Origin: Octopus vulgaris
Taxonomy: Eukaryota
Length of the DNA: 64,000 nt
Assembly (NCBI GenBank): GCA_951406725.2
Contig: OX597829.1
Coordinates: 48,050,001 to 48,114,000, forward strand
Direction of reading: 5' to 3'
Shown here in pieces: positions 39,186 to 52,379 of this stretch. The stretch's first letter is position 1; every line of letters begins with the position of its first letter. The notes beneath the pieces were generated by a model. It was not told the origin of the DNA, ran no database searches, and was given only the letters and a program-made list of their open reading frames with translations. The position numbers and the translations under genes are program-made.

Positions 39186-40562
39186 TTTTACTTGTTTCAG
39201 TCATTTGACTGCGGCCATGCTCGAGCACCGCCTTTAGTCGAGCCAATCGACCCCGGGACTTATTCTTTGTAAGCCCAGTACTTATTCTATCGGTCTCTTT
39301 TGCCGAACCGCTAAGTGACGGGGACGTAAACACACCAGCATCGGTTGTCAAGCAATGCTAGGGGGACAAACACACATACACAAACACACACACATACACA
39401 TACATATATATATATACATATATACGACAGGCTTCTTTCAGTTTCCGTCTACCAAATCCACTCACAAGGCATTGGTCAGCCCGGGGCTATAGCAGAAGAC
39501 ACTTGCCCAAGGTGCCACGCAGTGGGACTGAACCCGGAACCATGTGGTTGGTTAGCAAGCTACTTACCACACAGCCACTCCTGCGCCTATATATATATAT
39601 ATATATAAAACAAGCTCCTTTCAGTTGTCCTTTACCAAATCTACTCACAAGTTAACCCACGGCTACAGAAGAAGATACTTGCCCAAGGTGCCACACAGGG
39701 AGTCTGAACCTGAAGCCTGGTGGTTGGGAAGCAAGCTTCTTACCACACAGCCATACCTGCACCTGTATTATATCATGTGTACATATGTGTGAGTGTGTGT
39801 GTGTGTGTGTGTATGTATACATACATATGTATATAAGGTCATGACTTGCTAAATTTTAATAGGATAATGAACAACCAGTCAAAGTGGCAGTTTGTATCCT
39901 GTTACCAGAGCTATTTTATGCCTATGACCAAGAAAAAATCTCAAAGAACCAGTTCACCTTGCTATAAATAGGTAATGCAAAATTGTAACAACTCAACACA
40001 ATAAACAACATCTGTTGTTATGTTGCAGAACCCCAGTTTTACTCTGACCAAGCAAACCAATATGATCAAAGACACTCCAGCGATAACCATCCAATCATTT
40101 TAAGGCACAACGTAATTCTAGGTGTCCTATTTTTTAGAACAGTAGGGCATGATAGAAGGAAGATTTGACTGCTATTTCTGACTAATCAAGCAACAATATA
40201 GAAGCTTCCTTGCTGTATCAAAGATTGGTCAGATGGTTTCTGTTGTTTAGCTCCAGGTCAGCCCCGATCAAATAGACTTATTATGAAGAGCATTCCAGCT
40301 ACGACCATCTCAACTCTTTAACATTCAGATTACTCTGTTAACTATAATGCTTGTTTATCTATGTTGTTTTGAATTAAATCTGCATTATCTCACAGTTTTA
40401 ATATTTTGATGGCATGATTGATTATTTTTAGAATAATATTTTCAGGTACATGTGAGAGGCCAAATCTGGCCAGTTTGAACACAAGACAGGTAGAATATTT
40501 TGACCAGATACGGCAGGTGTACTTACTAAAGGAATAAGAAGTGTAAGACTACATCATCTAAT

Positions 40563-40753
40563 ACAGTTCTACATTTAAGAGATGAGGAATTATGTACATT
40601 ATTTACATTTGACAGATATTTGTCCGACAGATATTTGTCCTCATCTTGTTTGTTGTTAACACAATGTATCAGCTGATATACTCTCCAGCCTTCATCAGGT
40701 ATCTCAGGGAAATTTCGAACCTGGGTTCTCATTCCTAAGGTATTTTTCAATGC

Positions 40754-40785
<32 letters not shown>

Positions 40786-41063
40786 TCACTGCCTGGAATC
40801 AAACTTGGAATCTTGTGGTTAGTAGCCCATGCTCTTAACCATTACGCCATATGCCCGTGGGCATATGGCAAGTTTGATTCCAGGCAGTGACCTGAATAAT
40901 AATAATCATCATCATCATTTAACGTCCACTTTCCATGACTGAGGACTGGCAAACCAGATGGTTGCGCCAGGCTCCAATCTGATCTGGCAGAGCTTCTACA
41001 GCTGGATGCCCTTCCTAACGCCAACCACTGAACATCAAAAAATACCTTAGGAATGATAACCCA
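40563..41063. mobile_element. Inverted pair of family-H SINE joined at the palindrome gccatatgccc-gt-gggcatatggc
   Basis: Palindrome at 40846-40869; hammerhead remnant at 40659-40702 on the minus strand. Confidence 0.78.
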
Positions 41064-42185
41064 AAAGACAAATGTAATGCTTATTTATTCCCATTGTCTG
41101 GAATTAATCATGCATTATCTCAAAGCTATGAGATTGCAATGATGTAATTATTTATGTTTAGAATAACATTGAAGGATAGGTGTTTGAACATAGAGCAAGG
41201 TAGAATATTTGGGCCCGATATGGCCAGTTTAAATGTTAAAAGGTTAAGACATCATGGAGTAATTTAAGAGAGATTCAGTTGTTTGTGGCATTATTAAGGT
41301 TTGCTCATTGGCTGATAATTATCAGAGATATTTGAGTCTGATATGACTCAGTAGGATGAGACAGTTGAATTTTCTTTTTTAACATAGCTTGAGAAATTTC
41401 ATACTATGCCAATAATTGGATATTAGCTATGACCTTCTAATTAGAATGAAAGTCCAATGCGTCATGCACACACAGTAATGATGACAGCAGTTTCTGCATG
41501 TCCAAAGATCATGAGAAAGAGCAAGACAGCCTCAAGTGACCTTGTAAACTGATCCTTGACGGTTGTCTCTGCCTGCACTTGGCAGTTTTAAAGTTAGTCA
41601 GTCAGTCTGCACCATCTAATCTCACTCTTTAGACCTGGAGGTCTGACAACATTGATTCAGAGGTTCAACATGGCTGTGGTGACCAACATTGGAGGGACCT
41701 TTGCCAAGATGAATTATCTTATTGGCGAGCTGGCAGAATGCTTAGTGGTATTTCATCAGAACGTAAAGACAGATGAAATACCACTAAGCATTTTGCCCAG
41801 CTGTAGAAACCTTGCCAGATGATATTGGAGCCTGGTGCAGCCTCCTGGTTTGCCAGTCCTCAGTCAAACCATCCAACCCATGCCAGCATGGAAAGCAGAC
41901 ATTAAACGATGATGATGATGATAATATATATATGAAGGGCTTCTTTCAGTTTCCATAAACAAAATTTGGTAGGCCCAAGGCTATAGCAGAAGACACTTGC
42001 CTAGAGTGTCACACAATGGGACTGAACCCAGAACCATATGGTTGGGAAGCAAGCTTCTAACCACACAGCCATACCTGTATATATATATATATATTATATA
42101 TAGACCAAGCTGGTACACTGTGACATTTGAAAAAGGTGCTATAAGACTTACACAAGAAACGAAAATCTTAGAAAGACAATGTTAC

Positions 42186-42330
42186 CTTTGGGGTGGACTC
42201 TGTAAGCAATCCTTAAAGCTGCTGGATGTGTATGAATTCCATCACTTATTAGTCCATAGTATATGGTACGGTTATCTGGAATTTTCTCACTCGTCAATAA
42301 TCCTACCAAATGGGGATCACGGTGATGGAA
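42186..42330 (-). CDS. AMDHD2: AMDHD2 exon, 145 bp: [48 protein letters not shown](G)
   Basis: Contains HHRDP and DGIH. Acceptor ttgcag|TTC, donor AAAG|gtaac, phase 0 to 1. Confidence 0.96.
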
Positions 42331-42483
42331 CTGCAATATACCAAACAAGAGACAATGAGTTAGGCTTTCTTATTGTCACAAGGAAACAGTCATTGGTGAA
42401 TGAAATGAGCAAAATATTAGGATTATTAAATGTATTGCATCATAGAACAAAGCACATGAAAAATTTAGGGACCGAATAGATTA

Positions 42484-42896
42484 TCTGTATATATAAAAGG
42501 CATGAAGTGTGTGTGTGTACATGAATGTAATTTATGCATGTCCACAAATTAGCACACATGTCGCTCCAATTTTAGGAGGACATTCGTTATGACCCTAGCT
42601 GTATTTTCGTCAACTTATTTTTCCCAGAGGCACCAGCGTATAGCAGTAAAAATTAATTTTCAACCAAAACTTTTAACAATTTTTGAGTAGGAGAAATCGC
42701 CATTGTTTGCAAACGGGAATTAAGTCCCCTTCTGGTGACGAGTAAGTTTTTCTTAAGCCTTTTGTTGTTTTTTTTTTTCCGTCAAGGAAAAAAGTGTTTT
42801 GTTGATATATGGGTAACACACACACTCACACACGAACATGTATGCGTACAAAAAACATTGGCAATAGGTGTATGTACGTGTGTGTATGTGTGTTGC

Positions 42897-42931
<35 letters not shown>

Positions 42932-43051
42932 AATTTCAATGGATTTTGCCCAAATTTGACATTGATGTTACTTAGTTTGGTTTGAAATAAAGAACTTGAT
43001 TAGCTTAATAATCCTAACTTGATCCCAGGCAAAGCCAGGTTAAACTGCTAG
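42484..43051 (+). mobile_element. Non-autonomous Helitron, second family
   Basis: A|TCTGTATATATAAAAG start, cccaggcaaagccagg hairpin, CTAG|T end. Confidence 0.7.
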
Positions 43052-44304
43052 TAACAGATTATAACACCAGGATTTTTTTCCCCTTTATACAAAGAACAAG
43101 AGTTGCAGACTTGCTTTTTTATTTTTACTATTCAGGTCCTGGGTTAACTGATCAAGCAGAAATGGTCAAAAGCTTATTGCTTTTGTAGCCTTTTTCACTG
43201 CCATGGTCGCCATCCACCTCCCTTCTTGCAGGCTGCCTCCCTTCCGGGCCAACTCTCTCCCTGCCGGATGCCTCCCTCCCTCACTGTTGGCCACATTCCC
43301 TCCCTGACAGCCACCTCCCTCTTTGTTCTCCACCTCCCTTTCTACTGTCCACCATCTTACTCCCACCTTATCTGCCATCCACCTCCCTCCCTGTCATAGC
43401 CATCTACCTCCCAACTGTTGTCATCATTATTGCCACCGATTGGTGTTATGACAGTTTTATGTCTGTTTTCCATCATGGCATGATATTGGAGAGGACAATA
43501 TCGCTTCCCACTCTTTTTTTTAAATGATATTATAGCACCATATATATTCTGATATTAGAATAGGTACAACACATCTCTGTGCTGAATATGAGGTGATTAA
43601 AAAAAAAATGAAGGGCGGCTTTTTGCCATAAAACACAATTCACAACTATGAGGTTTCAAGTTTGATCCCACAGATTGAAGCCTTGGACAAGTGTCTTCCA
43701 CTGAAGCCTCATTGACCAACGTCCTGCAAGTAAAATTTCGTTGACAGAAAATGTACAGAATCCCATCAAATGTATATGTGTGTGTGTGCATATTCACACT
43801 GACACTGCCTGGGCACTGGTGACATTTGTTTATACCTTGAATAAACAATGGGTCCAATAGCTTGCAGTTTAACATACCTGCAGTTCAAAAGACCTGAAGA
43901 ATAAAGTACCTTATTTGTAAAAGCAAACGTTGGCAACAGGGAGAGCATCCAGCCACAGAATACTGCCTCAAGAGGACTTGTCCAGTCTATGCTAATAGAC
44001 AAACCACATATAAAAATTATACTATAAACAGGATAAATATTGATTTCAAACTTTGGCACAAGGCCAGCAATTTAGGGAGTGGGTAAGTCAATTACATCAA
44101 CCCCAGGGCTCAAATGAGACTTATTTTATCAAAAGGATGAAAGGTAAAGTCGACCTCAATGGAATTTGAACTCTGAATGTAAAGACAGACAAAATGCTAA
44201 CAGTTCTGTCAGCTCACAACCTTAAATAAACACCATTAATGTTAATTTCTCTTAATGGTACAGAATCCCAAATTTGATTAAATTTAGTCCAGTATATTAC
44301 TGGG

Positions 44305-44530
44305 AGCTGGCAGAAACATTAGCACGCTGGGCGAAATGTTTAGGGGTATTTCGTCTGCTGTTACATTCTGAGTTCAAATTCCGCTGAGGTCGACTTTACC
44401 TTTCATCCTTTCGGGGTCAATAAATTAAGTACCAGTTACGCATGGGGGGTCAATGTAATCAACATAATCCGTTTGTCTGTCCTTGTTTGTCCCCTCTGTG
44501 TTTAGCCCCTTGTGGGCAATAAAGAAATAA
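44305..44530 (+). mobile_element. SINE family A monomer
   Basis: Matches the consensus from gagctggcagaaac to aataaagaaata. Confidence 0.85.
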
Positions 44531-45604
44531 GAGAGATGAAAAACAAAAATTATCAGAAAAAATTGTACAGAAGCCCATAAGATGATTGTACATTTTCTTA
44601 GATACCAGGCTTAACCTGCCATCCAGTTAAACACCAACCCCTGGTCTGAAGTCATCATCATCATCATTGATTAACGTCTGCTTTCCTTACTAGCATGGGT
44701 TGGATGGTTTGACGTGGAGCTGGCTAGCAAGGAGCTGTCCAGGCTCCAACTGTCTGTTGTGGTATGGTTTCTATGGCTTGATGGCTTTCCTAACGCCAAC
44801 CACATTACAGGGTGTGCCAGATGCTTTTTACATATTACCAACACAGGTGTGTTTACGCAGCACCAGCACAGGTGTGTTAATACAGCACCAGCAACAATGC
44901 TTTTTATGTGGCACCAGCAAGGACAAGCCTCTGTTTGTGAAAGACTGATTTTACTTAGCTTGGTAAAAATAAATCCATTTTGCTGCAAGATTCTTGTGCT
45001 CTCTTCCACTGATCTCAGAGAATCTGAAAATAAGGTCATCAGTGCTACTATTCTTCTCATGAGTCTTGGAGATGATGAGAAGGATCATGGGTACAGCACT
45101 TCCTTCCACTAATGTTGGAAGGTTCTAAAATGGGTCATAAGGATTGTTCTGCCTACCAATCTTGAAAGCCCTGAATGGAGTTATGGGTACTGCCCTTTCT
45201 CCTACAAGTGACCCATAAAAAAAAATTATGCATATTTGCCTTCAACACAATACAAAGAATGTTATAGAAGCTCCCTGTAAAGTTGGACAAAGACGAGATA
45301 ATAATACGAATACTAGTGATATAATTTTTTTTGGTTAACTTAGCTATATTCCTGCTATAGTGCCATAGATCCTGAAGCTATGGAAATTTTACCAAACATC
45401 AGACGTCTGTGGCATGGATGGATTTCTACTTGAGATACATCAAGAATGTTAATAAACTTTGAAAGACTAAAGGAAGATGTGATAAATAATTGATATAAAC
45501 ATGTTTATATAATATATCTAAAACAACTAAAACCATGACAACAAAGATAACAGTCACTTAAACAGTAACTACCACTATTACTACCACCACCTCTACAACA
45601 ATAA

Positions 45605-46500
45605 TTCTGTAAATAATAATAATGGTATTTTTTTTATAAGTTTAAAGCTTATAGCAATCACCGTGCAAATAACTAAGGAAAATAGTCTAATAATGGGGCA
45701 TATAAGCCCCTCAACACAAAAAAAGGAGGCTTTCCTGTACATCACTTTGTTAACGCGATTAAGTGTGTTACTGATTACACCAGTGAACCAGCCTGATCCT
45801 TTCTGTGAAATTTAAGAACTATATTAGTTCGTAGCTGTTTTTGTAAACAAACTTTGTGCTTTCAGCGCAAATGGTTTTGTTAAGCAGTGTTGAGATTTAC
45901 AATCCTATAAATAATAATAATGGTATTTTTATATAAGCTTAAAGCTTATAGCAATTACCATGCAAATAACTAAGGAAAGTAGTCTAATGATGGAACTGGC
46001 CTGGCCTCCGTGCCGGTGGCACGTAAAAAGCACCATCCAATCGTGGCCGTTTGCCAGCCTCGTCTGGCACCTGTGCAGGTGGCATGTAAAAAGCACCCAC
46101 TACACTCACGGAGTGGTTGGTGTTAGGAAGGGCATCCAGCTGTAGAAACACTGCCAGATCAGACTGGGCCTGGCGCAGCCTTCTGGCTTCCCAAACCCCA
46201 GTTGAACCGTCCAACCCATGCTAGCATGGAAAACGGACGTTAAACGATGATGATGATGTAAGCCCTCAACAGAAAAAAGTAGGCTTTCTTGTATGCGTGG
46301 GAGCAAAGGGATGTGGGTTTGTATCCCATGTGTACAGGAAAGCCTACTTTTTTCTGTCAAGGGCTTATATGCCCCATTATTAGACTATTTTTCTTAGTCA
46401 TTGCATGGTGATTGCTATAAGCTTTAAGCTTATAAAAAAAAATACCATTATTATTATTATTATTTACAGAATTGTAAAACTTGGCACTGCTTAACAAACA
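45605..46500. repeat. Direct plus inverted repeat complex of a unit of about 150-200 bp, interrupted by an RTE tail
   Basis: taaataataataatggtatttttt..ataagcttaaagcttatagcaat at 45610 and 45907, inverted at 46330-46470. Confidence 0.85.
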
Positions 46501-46613
46501 ATTCGTACCAATAACAATAATGTAATTTCTTTGCCAGTGCTTGAACCCACAACTGTGTGTTCATAGCCCAACAGCTTTTCTACTTAATATCTGAACAACA
46601 ATTGTCTACTTAC

Positions 46614-46702
46614 AGGCAGCATGGCATTAAACAAATGGGTGATGAAGGAAGCACCATGTTGAACAGCAATTTCTCCTTGTACAAGATTGGCCATAGAATG
46701 AC
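46614..46702 (-). CDS. AMDHD2: AMDHD2 exon, 89 bp: (G)[29 protein letters not shown]
   Basis: Read by hand. Contains GHS and THLFNAM (metal-binding His motifs). Acceptor ttctag|GT, donor CCT|gtaagt, phase 1 to 0. Confidence 0.96.
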
Positions 46703-47912
46703 CTAGAATAAAAAGAAAAATCAAAATAAAATAATGCTGTTACAATTTTGGTGGAGTCATATTTAATAAATAATAAACACACATATTGCTATTAATCTTT
46801 TTCTTTTGTATTTCGTGCCAGTGACACGTAAAAAGCACCATTCAAGCATGATCATTACCAGTGTCACCTTACTGACACTTGTGCCGGTGGCACATGAAAA
46901 AACATTCAAGCTAGGTCGTTGCCAGTGCCACTGGACTGGCTCCTGTGCAGGTGGCCCATAAAAAAGACCATTTGAGCATGGCCGTTGCCAGTACCGCCTG
47001 ACTGGTGGTACGTAAAAAGCACCCACTACACTCTCGGAGTGGTTGGCGTTAAGAAGGGCATCCAGCTGTAGAAACTCTGCCAGATCAGACTGGAGCCTGG
47101 TGCAAACATCTGGTTTGCCAGCCCTCCATCAAATCGTCCAACCCATGCTAGCATGGAAAGCGGAAGTTAAACAATGATGATGATGATGATGATGTTTTTG
47201 TTTTGTCTCTTCGTTATTTTGTGTTATGTTAGCAATAGGTAAGACATTGACAAATTAATAATTAAATCAACAATGCATAGTTTATTTACAACTTCACCAC
47301 CACCTAAATTATGGGTGCCGTTCCTGGAGTTCACCCCATTGCACATGGCTTAGAGGTGAGGATGTTCAGCTCATAGTTATAAGATCATGTGTTTGATTCC
47401 TGGCAGAGTGTTGTATCCTTGAGCAAGACACTTTATTTCACATTACCCTAGTTCACTCAACTGACAAAAGTGAGTTGTACCTGTAAGTCACAAGGGGCCA
47501 GCCTTGTCACATTCTGTGTCACACTGAATCTCCTTGAAAACTACATTAAGGGTACACATGTCTGTGGAGTGCTCAGCCACTTGCATGTTAACTTCATGAA
47601 CAGGCTGTTCCAGTGATCAGATCAACTGGAACACTCAACCAATGGAGTGCCAGTTTTGGGGGTGGGGGTGGTTTTCACTCTGCAGCAAGCATTTGGACAC
47701 AGTCATAAGTTTAGGAGTAATTTTCTCCCATCAATCTTGGTAAGCCCTGAAAAGCCTCCTCAAAAAGGCCCTGTCCTTCATTCTGCCAATTACAAAAGCA
47801 TTGGAAAGTGTCATAGGCACTGCCCCCTCCATACCATCATCAACAGAGTCCATCATCCAGCAGCAACCACAACAGGATATTGGTTGAGAGGACAGACATG
47901 TGTTTGATTTAA

Positions 47913-48131
47913 CCCTTTAGTATTTAAACCGGCCATATCCGGCCAAAATAGCTAATCTGTTTTATGTTCAAACTGACCAGATCCAGGCTCTCACACCTAT
48001 CCTACAATGTCATTCTACATTAGGTAATTACACCATCAAGATCTTGAAGATATGTGATAATGCATGATTAATTCAAATCAATGGGAATCAATAGGCATTA
48101 TGTTTGATGGAATAATCTGAACACTAAAGGG
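47913..48131. mobile_element. piggyBac-type MITE
   Basis: TTAA|ccctttagt ... actaaaggg|TTAA. Confidence 0.75.
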
Positions 48132-48829
48132 TTAAATAGCCATTGTTATAAACACTACCTGTTTAATGTTCAAAATGGCCAGATTTGGCATCTCGCACCT
48201 ATCTAAGAATGTCATTGTAAAAATAAACAATCACATACTCTTTTACTTGTTTCAGTCATTTGACTGTGGCCATGCTGGAGCACCACCTTTAGTTGAGCAA
48301 ATCAACCCCTGGACTTATTCTTTGTAAGCCTAGTACTTATTCCATCAGTCTCTTTTACTGAACCGCTAAGTAACGGCGATGTAAACACACCAGCATCAGT
48401 TGTCAAGCGATGTTGGTGGGGACAAACACAGACACACATATATACATATATACGACGGGCTTCTTTCAGTTTCCGTCTACCAAATCCACTCACAAGACTT
48501 TGGTCGGCCCGAGACTATAGTAGAAGACACTTGCCCAAGGTGCCACATAGTGGGACTGAACCCGGAACCATGTGGTTGGTAAGCAAGCTACTTACCACAC
48601 AGCCACTCAAAGCTTCATGGTAATGGATGATTAATTTAAATCTATCATCATCATCATCATTTGATGTCCACTCTCCATGCTAGCATGGGTCAGATGGTTT
48701 GACTGGAGCTGATGAGCCAGAGAAGTGTACCAGGTTCCAATCTGATTTGGCATGATTTCTACACCTGGGTGTCCTTCATAACACCAAGTACCCCAGGAGT
48801 TAAATGGGTGCTTTTACGTGCCACCGGCA

Positions 48830-49400
48830 TGGGTGCCATTACACAACACCAGCAACAACCACGACTATGATTTATGGGTGGGTGCCATTTACATGGCACC
48901 GCCAACAATCATGATTGATGGGTGCCAATTTATATGGCACCGACAATGACCATGAGTGCCATATACACGGTGCCATCAACAACCGTGATTCCCGGGTGCC
49001 AATTTACATGGCACCGGAAACAACCACGAATCCCACTTTCATGGTGCCACCAACAACCACGATTCCCAGGTGCCAATTTATATGGCACCAGCAATGACCA
49101 TGAATGCCATTTACATAGTGCCGTCAACAACCATGATTCCCGGGCGCCAATTCAAATGGCACCAGCAATGACCACGAGTCCTACTCCATGATTCCCTGGT
49201 GCCAATTTATATGGCACCAGCAATGACCATGAATGCCATTTACAGTGCCGTCAACAACCATGATTCCCGGGCGCCAATTCAAATGGCACCAGCAATGACC
49301 ATGAGTGCCATTTACATGGTGCCACCAACAACCATGATTCCCAGGTGCCAATTTACACAGCACCATTGATGACCATGACTACAATGCACAGGTGCCATTT
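48830..49400. repeat. Degenerate hairpin-rich minisatellite derived from the RTE 3' UTR
   Basis: Recurrent ggtgcca(n5-7)tggcacc units. Confidence 0.8.
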
Positions 49401-50403
49401 TCAACCACAACAATTCAACACAATGTGAATAAATATGCATTAATTCTGACAGAATAATGTGAATGCTAAAAGGCTGAATTCTAAGTTCACATCCCACCAA
49501 GCTCAAATTTTCCTTTTGTTCTTCTGGGGAAGTGGGAGATAAAATAATGCATCAGTCAAAATACTGAAGGCAATTTACTAGAGCGCAACCTCCCACAATT
49601 TTTAATCTTGAAATCTTTGTGACTTATGAATCATTATGAATACTATATTGTTTCGATATTCATGACATAATATATATGCCAACCATGCCAACATGCAGTA
49701 GCTGTACAACCATGCAACAGCCATATGGCCATGTAACAACCATGCACAAAGCATGGCCCATGCACATAATCGTGCAACACATACAAGGCATGAAGTACAC
49801 ACCACGCACTCAACCAGGTACCAAACATGCAACCAGGCATTGGCCATGCACCAAGTATGCAAAAGTATACAGGGTAGGCAAAAGTAGATATACAGTTGCT
49901 TCTGATGAGTAGGAAGTCCTTTTCATTTCTCCGTTTGTTGTTTTTTTTTTCTTTTAGAACAAGAATTCTATAATTATATGTTTTTAACTAATTCTTTCTC
50001 CAAGATGTATTTCAAAACATGTGTAGAAGGGTCAGCTTATGAACAGAAAATGAAAGACGACACTTTCAACACCTCTTATATAAAGTTTTTTTAAAGTCTT
50101 GTAAAGTTTAATATATTCTTTTGTAGTCTTATACCATCCTATAAATATTTATTTTTGCAATAAAATACTTACTGCGGAGAGACTTTTTGAACACGCTGTA
50201 TGATAAAATAATTATTCCTAATTTCAGATTTTTATTATATGGCAGGAAACTTAACCAATAATGAACAAAAGTGGCTCATCAAACAAATATATACCTACTT
50301 TTCTCCACCTCTTTACAACCATGAACTGAGCATACAACCCTAAAGCAACTATTTAATTCAACAATCCGATTCCATTCATCAATTTGGTTTTTTCAAAACA
50401 TAC

Positions 50404-50613
50404 CTAAAGAAACTGTAATTCCTCTTTGTGAGAGTTCTTTGATAACATGGCTCGAATTATCAAGCTCAGGTGCTAGAGTTATGATAGCAGCATCGTCGAG
50501 GTGTCCATAAACATTTAATACATCCTGTAGTCCGTTATGGAATGTTCTAAGGCACTGATTTAAGTGGGCTCCTTTCTTTTCCTCGTTGATAAACGGCCCT
50601 TCTAAATGAACTC
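50404..50613 (-). CDS. AMDHD2: AMDHD2 exon, 210 bp: (G)VHLEGPFINEEKKGAH...IITLAPEL...GITVSL(G)
   Basis: Contains HLEGPF (metal-binding Glu), KGAH and TLAPE. Acceptor ttttag|GA, donor TTAG|gtatgt, phase 1 to 1. Confidence 0.96.
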
Positions 50614-51204
50614 CTAAAAATGAAACAGACGTAAAATTAAATTTTGACAATGAATTCAAAAGAAAAAAAGGGAATTCAATGATACCTATTCTTTTCCCTC
50701 ACGACCACCACCAAAGAAAGGAAAATAGCTAAAGAGCTGAAGTGAAAAATTAATTCTGAAGACTAGCATTTTACTTCAGAGCTAGTGAAAGCTTCTATTC
50801 CCAACAGGTACTTAATTCTACAAGACTCAAATAAGATCCACAATAGAATATTACTCTTATATCTGCAACAATGACTGCGCCATATATACACACTAACATC
50901 CACATACAAATACATTCTTACAAACACACACACATACTAAACTACATCCGAAGAAAGCCATTCAACTGACTGTGAGAACACTACAAGTTCTGGCACACAG
51001 ATGCATTGTATCCTCACTGACTTTCGCACTGCTACTACAACAGTCTACTCCTCTCAACTAATTGGTTGTAGCTTATCACCTGCACCAAATTTCACAAGAT
51101 ATACCACTCCCTTTCTCTCTCCCTTCAGCCTTCCTCTTTCTTTCCCCCCTCTCTCACTCCTTCCCCCTCCCCTTACTCTTTTTGTCTTTCCCTCCATTCA
51201 CCTT

Positions 51205-51785
51205 TGTCCACAAGGGACTAAACATAGAAGGGACAAACAAGGACAGACAAAGGGATTAAGTTGATTACATCAACCCCAGTGTGTAACTGGTACATATTTA
51301 ACCGACCCCGAAAGGATGAAAGGCAAAGTCAACCTCAGCTGAATTTGAACTCAGAGCATAAAGGCAGACAAAATACCTATTTCTTTACTACCCACAAGGG
51401 CCTAAACACAGAGGGAACAAACAAGGACAGACAAAGGGATTAAGTCAATTATATCGACCCCAGTGCATAACTGGTACTTATTTAATTGACCCCGAAAGGA
51501 TGAAAGGCAAAGTTGACCTCCGCGGAATTTGAACTCAGAACATAGTCGGAAACGAAATACCCATTTCTTTACTACCCACAAGGGGTTAAACATAGAGAGG
51601 ACAAACAAGGACAGACAAAGGGATTAAGTCAATTACATTGACCCCAGTGCGTAACTGGTACTTATTTAATCGACCCCGAAAGGATGAAAGGCAAAGTTGA
51701 CCTCGGTGGAATTTGAACTCAGAATGTAACGACAGACGAAATACCGCTAAGCATTTCGCCCGGTGTGCTAACGTTTCTGCCAGTG
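51205..51785 (-). mobile_element. SINE family A tandem trimer
   Basis: ccacaaggg recurs at about 51208, 51391 and 51575. Confidence 0.85.
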
Positions 51786-52165
51786 TATTCTACAATAGAC
51801 CCCAGGCCAACCAGCGTTTTGTGAGTGGACTTGGTAGGCAGAAACTGAAAGAAGCCCATCATGTATGTATATGTGTGTATGTTTTTGTTTGTCCCACATC
51901 ACTGCTCGACAACCAGTGTTGGTTTGATTACATCCCTGTAACTTAACAGTTCAGCAAATGATATTGATAGAATAAGTGGTAGACTTTAAAAATGTACATA
52001 CTGGGTCAATGCCCTAAGATGACCCAAATTTGCAATAACTGTAACCAGCAAAAGAATAAGATTAAAAGAATAAGAGTTTAAAAGAATAAGGGTTTAAAAA
52101 GAATAAGGGTTTAAAAGAATAAGGGTTTAAAAGAATAAGGGTTTAAAAGAATAAAAGATATTTAC

Positions 52166-52220
52166 CAAGTATTCCAGAACCTTCTTTACTTCCTTCCGAT
52201 TTCTTCATATGTGGCAAAAT
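52166..52220 (-). CDS. AMDHD2: AMDHD2 exon, 55 bp: ILPHMKKSEGSKEGSGIL(G)
   Basis: Read by hand; not in the ORF track. Acceptor tattcag|ATT, donor CTTG|gtaaat, phase 0 to 1. Bridges the flanking exons in frame and matches the P..K.GG..GA.VLG segment of the family. Confidence 0.9.
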
Positions 52221-52337
52221 CTGAATAAGATTTATATAATAGTAATAAGTACAGAGCTTCACTTATAGGGTAAATAGTTATGTATAGTTATACAAAGAAT
52301 GGTACAAGTATATAGCGGACGTTAAACGATGATGATG

Positions 52338-52379
<42 letters not shown>

